The position numbers were made by a program, and so were the translations under genes. Shown here piece by piece: positions 7,069 through 17,002 of a stretch of 64,000 bases of DNA (position 1 is the first letter of the stretch; the number at the start of each line of letters is the position of its first letter). The DNA is from a virus, in IMG/VR virus record IMGVR_UViG_3300023110_000034, positions 2,303 through 66,302 of that record. One strand, 5' to 3'. The notes under the pieces are model-generated. The model was given only the letters and a program-made list of their open reading frames with translations. It was not told where the DNA came from and made no database searches.

Positions 7069-7995
7069 ATGGAGGTATCACAGATACGTTATGCGCAAAT
7101 AGACCCTAATGGTTTATGCAATGCAGGATGTTGGTTTTGTCCTGTAGCGTATATAGGTAATCCGAAGGAATCAATTAATCAAATGGAACCATCAGATTTC
7201 CGCAATATAATACAACAAATAGATTATTACAAAGGAGATATTGTTTCACCTGAATTTAATGGTATATATACATCCCATTATAATGAAGCATTGTTATATA
7301 GGTATTTTGAAGAAATGCTAGAAACATTGCGTGAATTTAGTCTAGGGATGGTTGTATTAACTAATGGTACAACATTAACGCCGGATAAAGTGGATATAAT
7401 AAATAAATATCCAGATGTAATATGGGGAGTATGTGTAAATGCGCCAATATGGTCAGATGCAGAGTTATTTGCAAAACGCACTAATATGAACCAAAGCATA
7501 TTTGAACGTTTAAAAATGAATGTGTCGTATGCTTATACCAATCTTAAAAATAAAAATTTATTATCTATACAGATTAATGGGCATGATCATGAGTCAGGGG
7601 CACTTAAAGGTCCTAAGTTTCCAGACATATCAGATACAGAATTAGATGAACAGGTAGCTATTGCTAAAGAAATGTTTCCAAATACTAATGTATTTAAACA
7701 ACCGCACCTTATAGATAGGGCCGGCCTTATAGACGATTATATAAGTTCATCGCCTTTTGTGCATAAAGATAAAAAAGTTGTTGGGTGTATGGGCAAAAGA
7801 GATACGGAATGGATACATGTAAATGCAAACTCTGAATTATTCCTATGCTGCAATGATTATCATATGGAACATAAATATGCTAATCTTAAAGAAACAACAT
7901 TAAAAAATGCTTGGGGCAGTATAAAACATAAAGAAGTATTACAACATGCTTGGGGTACAATATGCAATTCTTGTACTTCTGCTATATATGAATAA
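7069..7995 (+). CDS. Radical SAM enzyme with SPASM/twitch domain
   Basis: CxxxCxxC (CNAGCWFC), LTNGTTL, and C-terminal C...LCCND...CNSC. Confidence 0.9.
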   Translation: MEVSQIRYAQIDPNGLCNAGCWFCPVAYIGNPKESINQMEPSDFRNIIQQIDYYKGDIVSPEFNGIYTSHYNEALLYRYFEEMLETLREFSLGMVVLTNGTTLTPDKVDIINKYPDVIWGVCVNAPIWSDAELFAKRTNMNQSIFERLKMNVSYAYTNLKNKNLLSIQINGHDHESGALKGPKFPDISDTELDEQVAIAKEMFPNTNVFKQPHLIDRAGLIDDYISSSPFVHKDKKVVGCMGKRDTEWIHVNANSELFLCCNDYHMEHKYANLKETTLKNAWGSIKHKEVLQHAWGTICNSCTSAIYE

Positions 7996-8129
7996 TTAAA
8001 AACGAAGTACTTTTGGCACAGCATCTATATAATAAAATGCAGGAACTTAAATATAATAGATAAAACGTGATATAACAGATTATAACACATGCATGTTAAA
8101 CATATTGATTAATCATTAAAAAAACTATT

Positions 8130-8630
8130 ATGGGATCACCATTTAAAATGAATCCAAAGACACCTTTAATGAAGGCGTTGGTTGGAAAACAAAAGAACTT
8201 ACCTGAGCACCTAAAGCAGGCAATACTAGATGCACCTGCTAAAATGGATAAAGGTAAAAAGAAAGGTACTAAAAAAGATGACTTCCGCTATGAGTCTGAT
8301 ATGCCAGAAGTAATTGGTACTGCATATAGAAAAGCAGGTACTGAAAGAGTCACTGAGTATAAGAAAGGTGGTAAAACTATGAAAAAAGGTGATACCTACG
8401 AAAGAGGCGGGTTCCAAACACCAAAGAAAGTAGTTGACACTGGACGCGATGCATCGGGTAGAAAGAAAGCTGGTGAAACAGGTAAAGTAACTGTGGAGGT
8501 TAAAAAAGGTGATATTAGATTTTCTACCGGTAAGAAAACTAAAAAGAAAACCGGTGCAGGTAAATCACCTGCTAAAATGTATGGTAAGTCACCTGCTAAA
8601 ATGAAAGGCGTTAAAGGTCTTAAAAAATAA
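8130..8630 (+). CDS. Lys-rich basic protein with (S/A)PAKM repeats, possibly an internal virion protein
   Basis: 166 aa, very K-rich; APAKM, KSPAKMYGKSPAKMK. Confidence 0.65.
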   Translation: MGSPFKMNPKTPLMKALVGKQKNLPEHLKQAILDAPAKMDKGKKKGTKKDDFRYESDMPEVIGTAYRKAGTERVTEYKKGGKTMKKGDTYERGGFQTPKKVVDTGRDASGRKKAGETGKVTVEVKKGDIRFSTGKKTKKKTGAGKSPAKMYGKSPAKMKGVKGLKK

Positions 8631-8866
8631 TGCAAAAGCTTTCTCCTGAAGCGCGGCGTCGTAAGAAGGTCCGAGACAAGGCCGTTGCAATGAGCCCTCG
8701 GCGCCGTGCCATGAAAGCGGAAAACCAACGTAAGCGTAGAGCCGCTAAAAAGAATGGTAAGAATATAGACGGTATGGACTACGATCATACCACATCGTCC
8801 TTTGTATCTGCAAAAAGAAACCGCTCTGGTTTCGGCAAGGGCACTAAAATCAACAATACTAAATAA
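8630..8866 (+). CDS. Small Arg/Lys-rich protein
   Basis: 78 aa, TAATG-coupled on both sides. Confidence 0.6.
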   Translation: MQKLSPEARRRKKVRDKAVAMSPRRRAMKAENQRKRRAAKKNGKNIDGMDYDHTTSSFVSAKRNRSGFGKGTKINNTK

Positions 8867-11800
8867 TGGCTGACACTAAAATAAAAGCAGGGCAGTTCTT
8901 TGGCGTAGTAGGTCACGGAACAGATGGTTATTTCCTAATGACAAATGCAGATGGCAGTATGTCATGGTCACAGGCATCTACAGGACCATCAGTTACATCT
9001 GTTGATTATCCAGGAGATGACACCGCTGCAGATCCTGCAGGAGGACAAACAGTAGTATTAACTGGTACAAACTTTGGAAGCAGTATGACGGTTAGTATTG
9101 GTGGTACAACCGCACCTTCTGTTGCACACGACTCTAGTACGCAACTTACAATTACAACCCCTGCTAAAGCTGCTGGTGATTATGATATTGTTGTAACTAA
9201 TACTGTAACTGGTGCATCTGGTACATTTGTAAATGGTATATCATATAACGGTATTCCAACATGGACAACTCCTGCTGGTTCTTTAGGTATATTTGAATCT
9301 GAAACAACTATATCAACTATAACACTACAGGCTACAGAACCTGATGGTGGGACAATTACTTTTAATATAACCAATGGAGCATTGCCAACGGGGCTGTCCT
9401 TGACAGGTGCAAATATTGACGGTACTACAACTGCTGAATCATCTACAACATTATACAGCTTTACTATTGAAGCTATTGATGATGAAAATCAATCTACTCC
9501 AAGAAACTTCTCTATTACAGTTAATGCTTCTGAATTAACTCCATCTGAAAACTTTACAATAAATACCTATACAGGTAATGGTTCAACACAAAGCATAGAA
9601 GGTAAGATTGGTACTGCTGCTGCTTTTAATGGGAGTAGTAGTTATATATCTTTAGATTTAGATAGTTACTTTAATACTTGGGGCGATTTATCATATTCTC
9701 TTTGGTTTAATACAACCAATACAAATTATCAAAGATTTATAACAGCATTCAATTCCTCTAATTATTTAGGAAATGCGGGATTGCTTGGAACAGGAGCTGT
9801 AAATAACAACACAAGAGTTGGCGGAACTGATTATTATGGAAACGGAACTACAACAGGTCTAAATGATGGAAATTGGCATCATTTTGCTTGGGTATTAGAC
9901 AATACAAGCCATACTGTTAAAATGTATGTTGATGGAAGTTTAGAGGCTACCACAGATTATGGCTCAACACAAAGTGGTTCTTTTTCTTTAACTAATGGCG
10001 CTCTTCTTGGAATTGCACAAGATTTATCTTCTAATAGTTTCAATGGTAAAATAGACCAAGTAAGAATCTTTGACAAAGCATTATCATTAAATGAAGTAAC
10101 AACACTATACGGTGAACCAAGTAATCTATCTACTGCATCTACAACTGATATTTTTGGTGACGGCTCTGGGGTTGCTTTATATGAATTTGAAGAAGGAGCA
10201 AAAGACACTGGGGGTATATCTGGATATATTGGAAATGGTGGTACATTTAATGGGTTACAAACATCTTCTGCTTCTTATGTAGATATATCTTCTTCAACCA
10301 CTTCTACTACCTCAACTGTTTCTTTTTGGATGAACACCACTATAAAAGATTCTAATACTGGCACTATGCTTGATGCAGGCGGAGGAAGTTCAGCAAATAC
10401 AGGTTTTTCTATTGTAAGAACACCTACAAATGGTTATTTATCAGTTAATTTTACACACGGAACACCAGGTCAGAATCAAGCATTTACAGGGACAACTGAT
10501 ATTTGTGATGGTACTTGGCATCATATATCTTTAGTTATGGAGTCTGACAATACCTTTATTTGTTATTTAGATGGTGTATCTCATTTATCAGGAACAAGAA
10601 CGTATTGGACAAGTGGAGACACTCATAATTTATCAAATAATAGATTTGGTACAAATGCAGGTAGTCTTGGTGCATCTTCTTATGAAGGTAAAATAGACCA
10701 AGTAAGAATATTTAATAAAGCCCTATCATCAAGTGAAGTAACAACCTTATACGGAGAAACATCAGCATCAGCTACAAAATCAACTAAAGATATATTTGAT
10801 GATGGTAGTGGTGTTGCGTTGTATGAATTAGAGGGGAATGCTAATGATACAGTTAGAGCGATAGACAGCGGACAGAGTGCTGTTTTTAATGGGACCACTT
10901 CAATTTTTAATTTTCCTAATACTGCTTATGGAGCCTCAACAACTGTTTTTACAGTTTCAGGGTGGTTTAAACATACATCAACTGCGAATAATAGAGAGGA
11001 TATTTATTTTGGTAACGGAGCAACAGTTGGAGGTAATACAGGTTATGCTCTTTTTACAGATTATAGTTCAGGCAATATAGCTTTGTCTTTTAGAGATACA
11101 GACCAATCTCAAGTATTTTACACTTCTTCTTCAAGCATAAAAGATGGTAGTTGGTATCATTTATGTTTAACTTATAATAATGGCGCTTATGTTGTTTATT
11201 TAAACGGAGCATCTATATTAAATGGTACTTCGCCTGATTTTATAAATAATCAAACCCCTACTCACGCTACGTATATTGGGAATAGATATGGTAATACAGG
11301 TTCAGGTGCAAGTATAATAGGGGCGGTAGACCAAGTAAGAATATACTCTTCAGCATTAAGTAGTTCAGATGTAACTAACCTATACAACGAATCAAGCGTA
11401 CCAACAACAAACCTTATTGCCCACTATAAATTAGATGGTAACGCTAATGATGAAACAGGAAGCTACAACGGAACTGCAACATCAATAACATATTCAGATC
11501 CTGCAGAATACCCAACATATGACGGCACAGCAACAAATGTATCCTACGCTTATGACGGAACACCTACAAATGTAAGTTTTGTAGGAACTTCATTCCAACC
11601 GGATTTGGTTTGGATAAAGTCAAGAAGTGATTCAGACCATCACGTTCTTTTAGATTCAATAAGAGGTGGCACAAATCCACTTATGCCAAGTGGTACATCC
11701 GCTGAAATAGCAGATACAGATTATATACAATCTTTTGATTCTAATGGTTTTACGGTAAGAGTCGATACTCAAAGATTCGATTTTTCTCACAATGAAAGTG

Positions 11801-12504
11801 GTGACCCATTAGTCGCTTGGTGTTGGAAAGCAGGGGGAACTGTTTCCGCTAACAACAATACTGATGGTAGTATAACGTCAACAGTTAGTGCAAATACTGA
11901 TGCGGGGTTTAGTATTGCTACTTACACAGGTAATAATACGCAAAATGCTACTGTCGGACACGGACTTGGAATTGAACAAAAAATGGTAATTATTAAAAGA
12001 ACAGATGCTGCTAATTCGTGGTGGGTACCTTTACCAATATTAGGTTCTAATAAATTTATGGAACTTAATACAACGGCTGCTGCTACAACCGATAGTCAAT
12101 ATCAATATACTCAAACGTCTGATGTTTTTAAATTTACAAGTTCATCCCAATCAGCACAATACAACGCTTCAGGGGGAAGTTATGTAATGTATTCTTTTGC
12201 AGACATTGATGGGTATCAGAAGGTGGGGAGTTATACAGGGAATGGTTCAAGTGCTAAAACTGTATATACAACATTTGAACCAAGATGGATAATGATTAAA
12301 AGAACAGATTCAACAGGGGATTGGTATATATATGACCAACTTAGAGATGGTACAAACGATAGGCAATTATATGCAAATTTATCAGACCAAGAAAGTACAA
12401 CAAGTGATGTAATTACATACAATTCAGATGGTTTTACTATTGCTGCATCAGGCTCAGGAGTAAACGCATCAGGAGGAACTTACATATATTTAGCAATAGC
12501 ATAA
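8866..12504 (+). CDS. Fibre/adhesin: IPT/TIG and Ig-like domains, three LamG domains and a YTGNG-repeat C-terminal domain
   Basis: GQTVVLTGTNF (IPT), GALPTGLSL (He_PIG-like), three WHH/WYH...G.IDQVRI LamG cores, ends in YIYLAIA. Confidence 0.85.
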   Translation: MADTKIKAGQFFGVVGHGTDGYFLMTNADGSMSWSQASTGPSVTSVDYPGDDTAADPAGGQTVVLTGTNFGSSMTVSIGGTTAPSVAHDSSTQLTITTPAKAAGDYDIVVTNTVTGASGTFVNGISYNGIPTWTTPAGSLGIFESETTISTITLQATEPDGGTITFNITNGALPTGLSLTGANIDGTTTAESSTTLYSFTIEAIDDENQSTPRNFSITVNASELTPSENFTINTYTGNGSTQSIEGKIGTAAAFNGSSSYISLDLDSYFNTWGDLSYSLWFNTTNTNYQRFITAFNSSNYLGNAGLLGTGAVNNNTRVGGTDYYGNGTTTGLNDGNWHHFAWVLDNTSHTVKMYVDGSLEATTDYGSTQSGSFSLTNGALLGIAQDLSSNSFNGKIDQVRIFDKALSLNEVTTLYGEPSNLSTASTTDIFGDGSGVALYEFEEGAKDTGGISGYIGNGGTFNGLQTSSASYVDISSSTTSTTSTVSFWMNTTIKDSNTGTMLDAGGGSSANTGFSIVRTPTNGYLSVNFTHGTPGQNQAFTGTTDICDGTWHHISLVMESDNTFICYLDGVSHLSGTRTYWTSGDTHNLSNNRFGTNAGSLGASSYEGKIDQVRIFNKALSSSEVTTLYGETSASATKSTKDIFDDGSGVALYELEGNANDTVRAIDSGQSAVFNGTTSIFNFPNTAYGASTTVFTVSGWFKHTSTANNREDIYFGNGATVGGNTGYALFTDYSSGNIALSFRDTDQSQVFYTSSSSIKDGSWYHLCLTYNNGAYVVYLNGASILNGTSPDFINNQTPTHATYIGNRYGNTGSGASIIGAVDQVRIYSSALSSSDVTNLYNESSVPTTNLIAHYKLDGNANDETGSYNGTATSITYSDPAEYPTYDGTATNVSYAYDGTPTNVSFVGTSFQPDLVWIKSRSDSDHHVLLDSIRGGTNPLMPSGTSAEIADTDYIQSFDSNGFTVRVDTQRFDFSHNESGDPLVAWCWKAGGTVSANNNTDGSITSTVSANTDAGFSIATYTGNNTQNATVGHGLGIEQKMVIIKRTDAANSWWVPLPILGSNKFMELNTTAAATTDSQYQYTQTSDVFKFTSSSQSAQYNASGGSYVMYSFADIDGYQKVGSYTGNGSSAKTVYTTFEPRWIMIKRTDSTGDWYIYDQLRDGTNDRQLYANLSDQESTTSDVITYNSDGFTIAASGSGVNASGGTYIYLAIA

Positions 12505-12507
12505 ACA

Positions 12508-12540
12508 ATGGAACAATTGAAGATATATATAATTAAATAA
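12508..12540 (+). pseudogene. Truncated 5' remnant of a holin-like gene
   Basis: MEQLKIYIIK* versus the intact MEDLKIYG... at 54709. Confidence 0.45.
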
Positions 12541-12541
12541 A

Positions 12542-12799
12542 ATGGAAATAAATCAAATATTAGAGGGGTGGGGTAATTTAGTTAAAGACAAATTAAATCT
12601 TTTACACCCACCTATTAAAGCAGTTGCTGAAATGCGGTTGCAGCATTGTCATAAATGCCCTATAAGAAAAAACAATATATGTGATCCAAACAGTACGATC
12701 ACTCATATAACAACTAAAAAACCAGTTAAAGGCTGCGGGTGTAATATAGCAGCCAAAACATTAGCTATGCAAGCGCAATGCCCAGCCGGTAAATGGTAA
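12542..12799 (+). CDS. Small Cys-rich metal-binding protein
   Basis: CHKCP...C...GCGC...CPAGKW. Confidence 0.7.
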   Translation: MEINQILEGWGNLVKDKLNLLHPPIKAVAEMRLQHCHKCPIRKNNICDPNSTITHITTKKPVKGCGCNIAAKTLAMQAQCPAGKW

Positions 12800-12861
12800 C
12801 CAAAATATGTAATATAACATATAACCAATTAATTATTTATTAACCTAAAAACCAAAAACCT

Positions 12862-13155
12862 ATGACTTATTTTTATTACAAGTCTAATACATGGACAAAC
12901 GATGAAAACAACCAGATTCCAAAAGAAACCTTAGACGTATGGAAAAGCTGCATTGAAAAAAAGAATTGGAGAATAACGCAGTTACATAACGGTTATTACC
13001 AAGCAGAATTAAAAGATTTAAACGGCGAATGGAAAGGTATAACACGTAGAGAATCTATCAAAGGAGCTGAAAAAGCTATTGATGCATCTATTGAACATTA
13101 TACACAAAAGCTGAAATTAGCTGAAGGACCTGTGGTCGTAAAAACTTTTGAATAA
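12862..13155 (+). CDS. Hypothetical protein
   Basis: 97-aa ORF upstream of groEL. Confidence 0.65.
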   Translation: MTYFYYKSNTWTNDENNQIPKETLDVWKSCIEKKNWRITQLHNGYYQAELKDLNGEWKGITRRESIKGAEKAIDASIEHYTQKLKLAEGPVVVKTFE

Positions 13156-13175
13156 AATATACTAAATTTAATTTA

Positions 13176-14741
13176 ATGGAATTTAATAATCCGAGTGAAA
13201 TTGTTAAAGATTTAAACTTTGGCGATGACGCTCAAAACAAAATAATGGCTGGAGTTGAAAAGCTCGCTGAAGCTGTTTCATCAACTCTAGGAGCATCGGG
13301 TAAATGTGTTATATATGAAGACGCACTTGGTAAACCGATTGTAACAAAAGACGGAGTGACTGTTGCGAATAGTGTGGTGCTTATGGATCCAGTTGAGAAC
13401 ATAGGCGCGACCCTCGTTAAAGAGGCAGCACAAAAAACAGTAAAGGAAGCGGGTGATGGTACTACAACTAGTACCGTCCTCGCACACTCCATTTTAAAAG
13501 AATATGTAGCTTCTAAAAAATCTGATTTAAGAAAAATTAAAGAAGATATAATTGAAGCAAGTTCTAAAGTAATTAAATATTTAGAAAGTAGCTCAATCCC
13601 GGTTAAGGACTCGATGCTAGAGCATGTAGCTAATATTTCTACAAACAATGATGTAATATTAGGTAAATTAATTGCTGATGCGTATAACAAAGTGGGTAAA
13701 GATGGCGTGGTCCTTATGGAAGAGTCTGATACTGATGAAACGTTTATAGATATTATAGATGGTGTTCAGTTTGACAGTGGTTTAAAATCACAGCATTTAA
13801 TTACAGATAAAGAAAAAAATAAAGCAGAACTTGAAAAACCGTTAATATTATTAGTTGATTCTGAAATTTCAACTATTAGAAAGATACAAGCGGTATTGGA
13901 ATATGCTATAAAAAATAAAAGATCAATACTTATTATTGGTAATCTTTCACCTCAAGTGCAATCTGCACTTATAATGAATAAGGTTAAAGGTAATATTAAA
14001 GTAAACTTTATTGATCCACCTGGTTTTTCTAACTTAAGAAGAGATATGCTAGATGACTTAGCCGCACTTACGGGTGCTACAGTCATTTCAGAGGAGTTAG
14101 GAGACGATTTAGATTTAATTAATGAATCAGTACTAGGTGAAGCACAAAAGTCCGTTACGGATGATAATAACACTGTTATAACTATTGAAGAGTTAACTAA
14201 AGAAGTTAAAGATAGAATAGATGTTATTGAAAAGCAATTAAAGGAAGAAAAAAATCCTTATTTGCTTAAAAAGCTTGAACAGCGTAAAGCAATGCTTTCT
14301 GGTTCAGTCGGAATGTTATATGTAGGCGCTGATTCTAAAATAGCACTTAAAGAAAAAAAAGATAGGGTTGAAGATGCTATTTATGCTGTAAAAGCAGCAT
14401 TAAAAGATGGTATTGTACCTGGTGCTGGTGTGGCTTTGCACAATGCGGCTGATAACATAGCTACAAACAACAGTGATGGTTATAACATACTGTTTAACGC
14501 TATTAAAGCACCTTATAAGAAAATTCTTGATAATGCTGGAATTCCTTATGAAACTGTTGTAAAAAAAGGTAGAGGAATTAATGTAATTAGCGGGAAAACT
14601 GTTAATCTTGTAAAAGAAGGTATAATTGATCCTGTGCTGGTTACAAAAACTGCTTTAAGAAATGCAGTATCTGTAGCAACAACAATTATGTCAGCGGACT
14701 GTATAATTTCTAATGTAAGAGAAGGATCATGCGGGCTGTAA
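13176..14741 (+). CDS. groEL: Chaperonin GroEL
   Basis: TKDGVTVA, AGDGTTT, GIVPGAG, GIIDP motifs; no GGM tail. Confidence 0.97.
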   Translation: MEFNNPSEIVKDLNFGDDAQNKIMAGVEKLAEAVSSTLGASGKCVIYEDALGKPIVTKDGVTVANSVVLMDPVENIGATLVKEAAQKTVKEAGDGTTTSTVLAHSILKEYVASKKSDLRKIKEDIIEASSKVIKYLESSSIPVKDSMLEHVANISTNNDVILGKLIADAYNKVGKDGVVLMEESDTDETFIDIIDGVQFDSGLKSQHLITDKEKNKAELEKPLILLVDSEISTIRKIQAVLEYAIKNKRSILIIGNLSPQVQSALIMNKVKGNIKVNFIDPPGFSNLRRDMLDDLAALTGATVISEELGDDLDLINESVLGEAQKSVTDDNNTVITIEELTKEVKDRIDVIEKQLKEEKNPYLLKKLEQRKAMLSGSVGMLYVGADSKIALKEKKDRVEDAIYAVKAALKDGIVPGAGVALHNAADNIATNNSDGYNILFNAIKAPYKKILDNAGIPYETVVKKGRGINVISGKTVNLVKEGIIDPVLVTKTALRNAVSVATTIMSADCIISNVREGSCGL

Positions 14742-14989
14742 ATAAATTTATTATAATTAAATCAATTAAGGAAGAAGTTAAACCAAACGAATCAGGTTTA
14801 ATCCTTACAGAAAAACATCAAGATGACATACGATATAGAAAAGCTGAAGTACGTTCTGTTGGTAATTATGTTGAAGGAATTGCTCCAGGGGATAACATAT
14901 ATTACGACAGACATGCTGGTTACGGTATAGACTTTGATGGTGAATACCTACAAGTCATAAAAGAACAAGATGTTGTTGTAGTATTATGA
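14729..14989 (+). CDS. groES: Co-chaperonin GroES
   Basis: 86 aa adjacent to groEL; SGLIL mobile loop, VRSVG, IKEQDV. Confidence 0.9.
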   Translation: MRAVNKFIIIKSIKEEVKPNESGLILTEKHQDDIRYRKAEVRSVGNYVEGIAPGDNIYYDRHAGYGIDFDGEYLQVIKEQDVVVVL

Positions 14990-15426
14990 GGCTAGAGTCT
15001 GATGATATTAGAAGACTTGGTCTTTTTAAATATTATAGATTAGTTAGGAAGTGGGCTTGTAAAACATATAAGCTAACTGATGGTGATCTTGAATTATTAA
15101 TACATTTTGATTGTCTTGGTCGTTTTACACGTGATGATTACATAAAAGGTACATATATACATTCTTGGGATAAACATCGCTGGGAACGATTACGTAAAAA
15201 TGGTTGGATAGATATATATATTAAAAGAAATCATACTACTGTTAAATATAACGTATATAAGGTTTCAACAAAGTGTAAGCATCTAATATCAAGAATCTAC
15301 AGAATATTATTAGGCCAAGAAGACTTACCTACAACACATAGAAATGTGTTTAATAAAAACAGAAGCTATAGCGATAAAGTATTTAATGCCGCTATAGAAG
15401 ATATGCACAAAGACAAAGAACGATAA
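14986..15426 (+). CDS. Hypothetical protein, possible winged helix
   Basis: LTDGDLELL...RLRKNGWI...YKVSTK resembles a MarR/wHTH pattern. Confidence 0.55.
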   Translation: MRLESDDIRRLGLFKYYRLVRKWACKTYKLTDGDLELLIHFDCLGRFTRDDYIKGTYIHSWDKHRWERLRKNGWIDIYIKRNHTTVKYNVYKVSTKCKHLISRIYRILLGQEDLPTTHRNVFNKNRSYSDKVFNAAIEDMHKDKER

Positions 15427-15749
15427 TGGGTTATAAAATGAAAAGCGATATGATGTCGCTAATACACGAAAGCAAACCTTCACTAAAAGAGAATTTAGCA
15501 CCTGGTGTGCACGGTGTAACATTAGATGATGGCACTATCGTTATTAATAAAAAACTTTCACCTGTACAACAAAAAGTAGCTGAATCACACGAACGTATTC
15601 ACAGAGAACAAATACTTCGTAAAGATTTAAGTTATGATGATGACTATGTATATTGGAAAGGAAGAAAGTATCCTAGAAAAGGAATGAAAGAAGGGTTTCC
15701 TAAATTAGAATGGGAAGCTGAAGCATATAGAAGACAAACAAAAAAATAA
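15426..15749 (+). CDS. Zincin-like metallopeptidase domain protein
   Basis: HExxH (HERIH) plus downstream WEAEAY. Confidence 0.7.
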   Translation: MGYKMKSDMMSLIHESKPSLKENLAPGVHGVTLDDGTIVINKKLSPVQQKVAESHERIHREQILRKDLSYDDDYVYWKGRKYPRKGMKEGFPKLEWEAEAYRRQTKK

Positions 15750-15754
15750 ACACA

Positions 15755-15889
15755 ATGGATTTACCTATCACTAAAAAAGTACACGCTCAAAAAAAAGCTG
15801 CAACACCCGTATGCCCAAGTTGTATGAAACCAATCGGAAGCTGTGGATGTGCAATGCGTGGCAATAAAAAAATACAGAGAAGCAATTAA
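15755..15889 (+). CDS. 44-aa basic Cys-rich peptide
   Basis: Manual ORF MDLPITKKVHAQKKAATPVCPSCMKPIGSCGCAMRGNKKIQRSN. Confidence 0.6.
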   Translation: MDLPITKKVHAQKKAATPVCPSCMKPIGSCGCAMRGNKKIQRSN

Positions 15890-15915
15890 GCTAATCAACA
15901 ATTTAATTTAATATA

Positions 15916-16380
15916 ATGAAAATAAGTGACCACATAAGTATGAAAGAAGCGCTGCGTTCTAATACAGCACAGCGTTTAGGTATTAACAATATGCCAGACA
16001 ATGAAACACTTGTTACAATGCAGGTAACTGCTCAGCATATTTTTGAACCTTTAAGAAATCACTTTAACGAACCTATTTATATATCATCATTTTATCGTTC
16101 ACCAGAACTTAATAAAGCAATTGGTGGATCTACAAACTCGCAACACTGTAAAGGTGAAGCGATTGATATTGATGATGTGTATAGCAAAGCTTCAAACGCA
16201 GACTTTTTTAATTATATTAAAGACAAGTTAGAATTTGATCAGCTTATATGGGAATTTGGTGATGATGAAAATCCTGCTTGGGTTCACGTTAGTTATAACT
16301 TAGGTAAAAACAGAATGCGTATACTTAAGGCTATAAAAGAAAACGGTAGAACAAAATACATAGACATTACAAATGAGTGA
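15916..16380 (+). CDS. Endolysin, peptidase M15 family
   Basis: SSFYRS..LN.AIGGS..SQH..GEAID and WVHVSY zinc-ligand motifs. Confidence 0.9.
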   Translation: MKISDHISMKEALRSNTAQRLGINNMPDNETLVTMQVTAQHIFEPLRNHFNEPIYISSFYRSPELNKAIGGSTNSQHCKGEAIDIDDVYSKASNADFFNYIKDKLEFDQLIWEFGDDENPAWVHVSYNLGKNRMRILKAIKENGRTKYIDITNE

Positions 16381-16705
16381 TCCAATTACTTCAAGAGTGC
16401 AGAAAGCACCTTTATTTAAAAAAGCAAAACCACCAGCTCCTTCTAAAAAGAAGAGTTTAGGTTATTATAACGAAGCCAACCCAACAGGTACAGGTGCGGC
16501 TGCAGGTGGCGGTATGTCTAAAAAAGGTGTTGCAAAATACCGAAAAGATAATCCAGGGAGTAAACTAAAAACAGCAGTAACAACTCCGCCTAGTAAATTA
16601 AAACCAGGAAGTAAAGCTGCTAAAAGAAGAAAATCATTTTGTGCACGATCTAAAAGCTGGACTTCAGAAAGAGGTAGAGCTGCGCGTAGAAGATGGAATT
16701 GTTAA
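16373..16705 (+). CDS. Basic phage protein (RRKSFCAR...RRWNC family)
   Basis: 110 aa, K/R-rich. Confidence 0.7.
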   Translation: MSDPITSRVQKAPLFKKAKPPAPSKKKSLGYYNEANPTGTGAAAGGGMSKKGVAKYRKDNPGSKLKTAVTTPPSKLKPGSKAAKRRKSFCARSKSWTSERGRAARRRWNC

Positions 16706-16720
16706 TTTAAATTTTATATT

Positions 16721-17002
16721 ATGAACACTATTACTATTATCTTAACTGTTATTGCGGTTTTATCAATTTTACTTAATTTTTATTTAATTTATCTGTATAC
16801 AGGTAAAATTAAAGATAGTGACAGAGATTTAATTGCAGACTCTGCAGAAGAAGCAGCAGCTGAAATTAAAGAAAGAGCACAAAGAGTTGTGCAGGAAATG
16901 CAAGACGTAGGAGCTGCGGTAAAAGAAGTTGGGAATCAATTAGGAGATATTCCTAAAGCAGTAGCCGGTAAACCAAGAACTGGTAGAAAGCCTAAATCAT
17001 AA
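16721..17002 (+). CDS. Single-TM membrane protein in the lysis module
   Basis: N-terminal hydrophobic helix followed by an amphipathic helix. Confidence 0.6.
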   Translation: MNTITIILTVIAVLSILLNFYLIYLYTGKIKDSDRDLIADSAEEAAAEIKERAQRVVQEMQDVGAAVKEVGNQLGDIPKAVAGKPRTGRKPKS

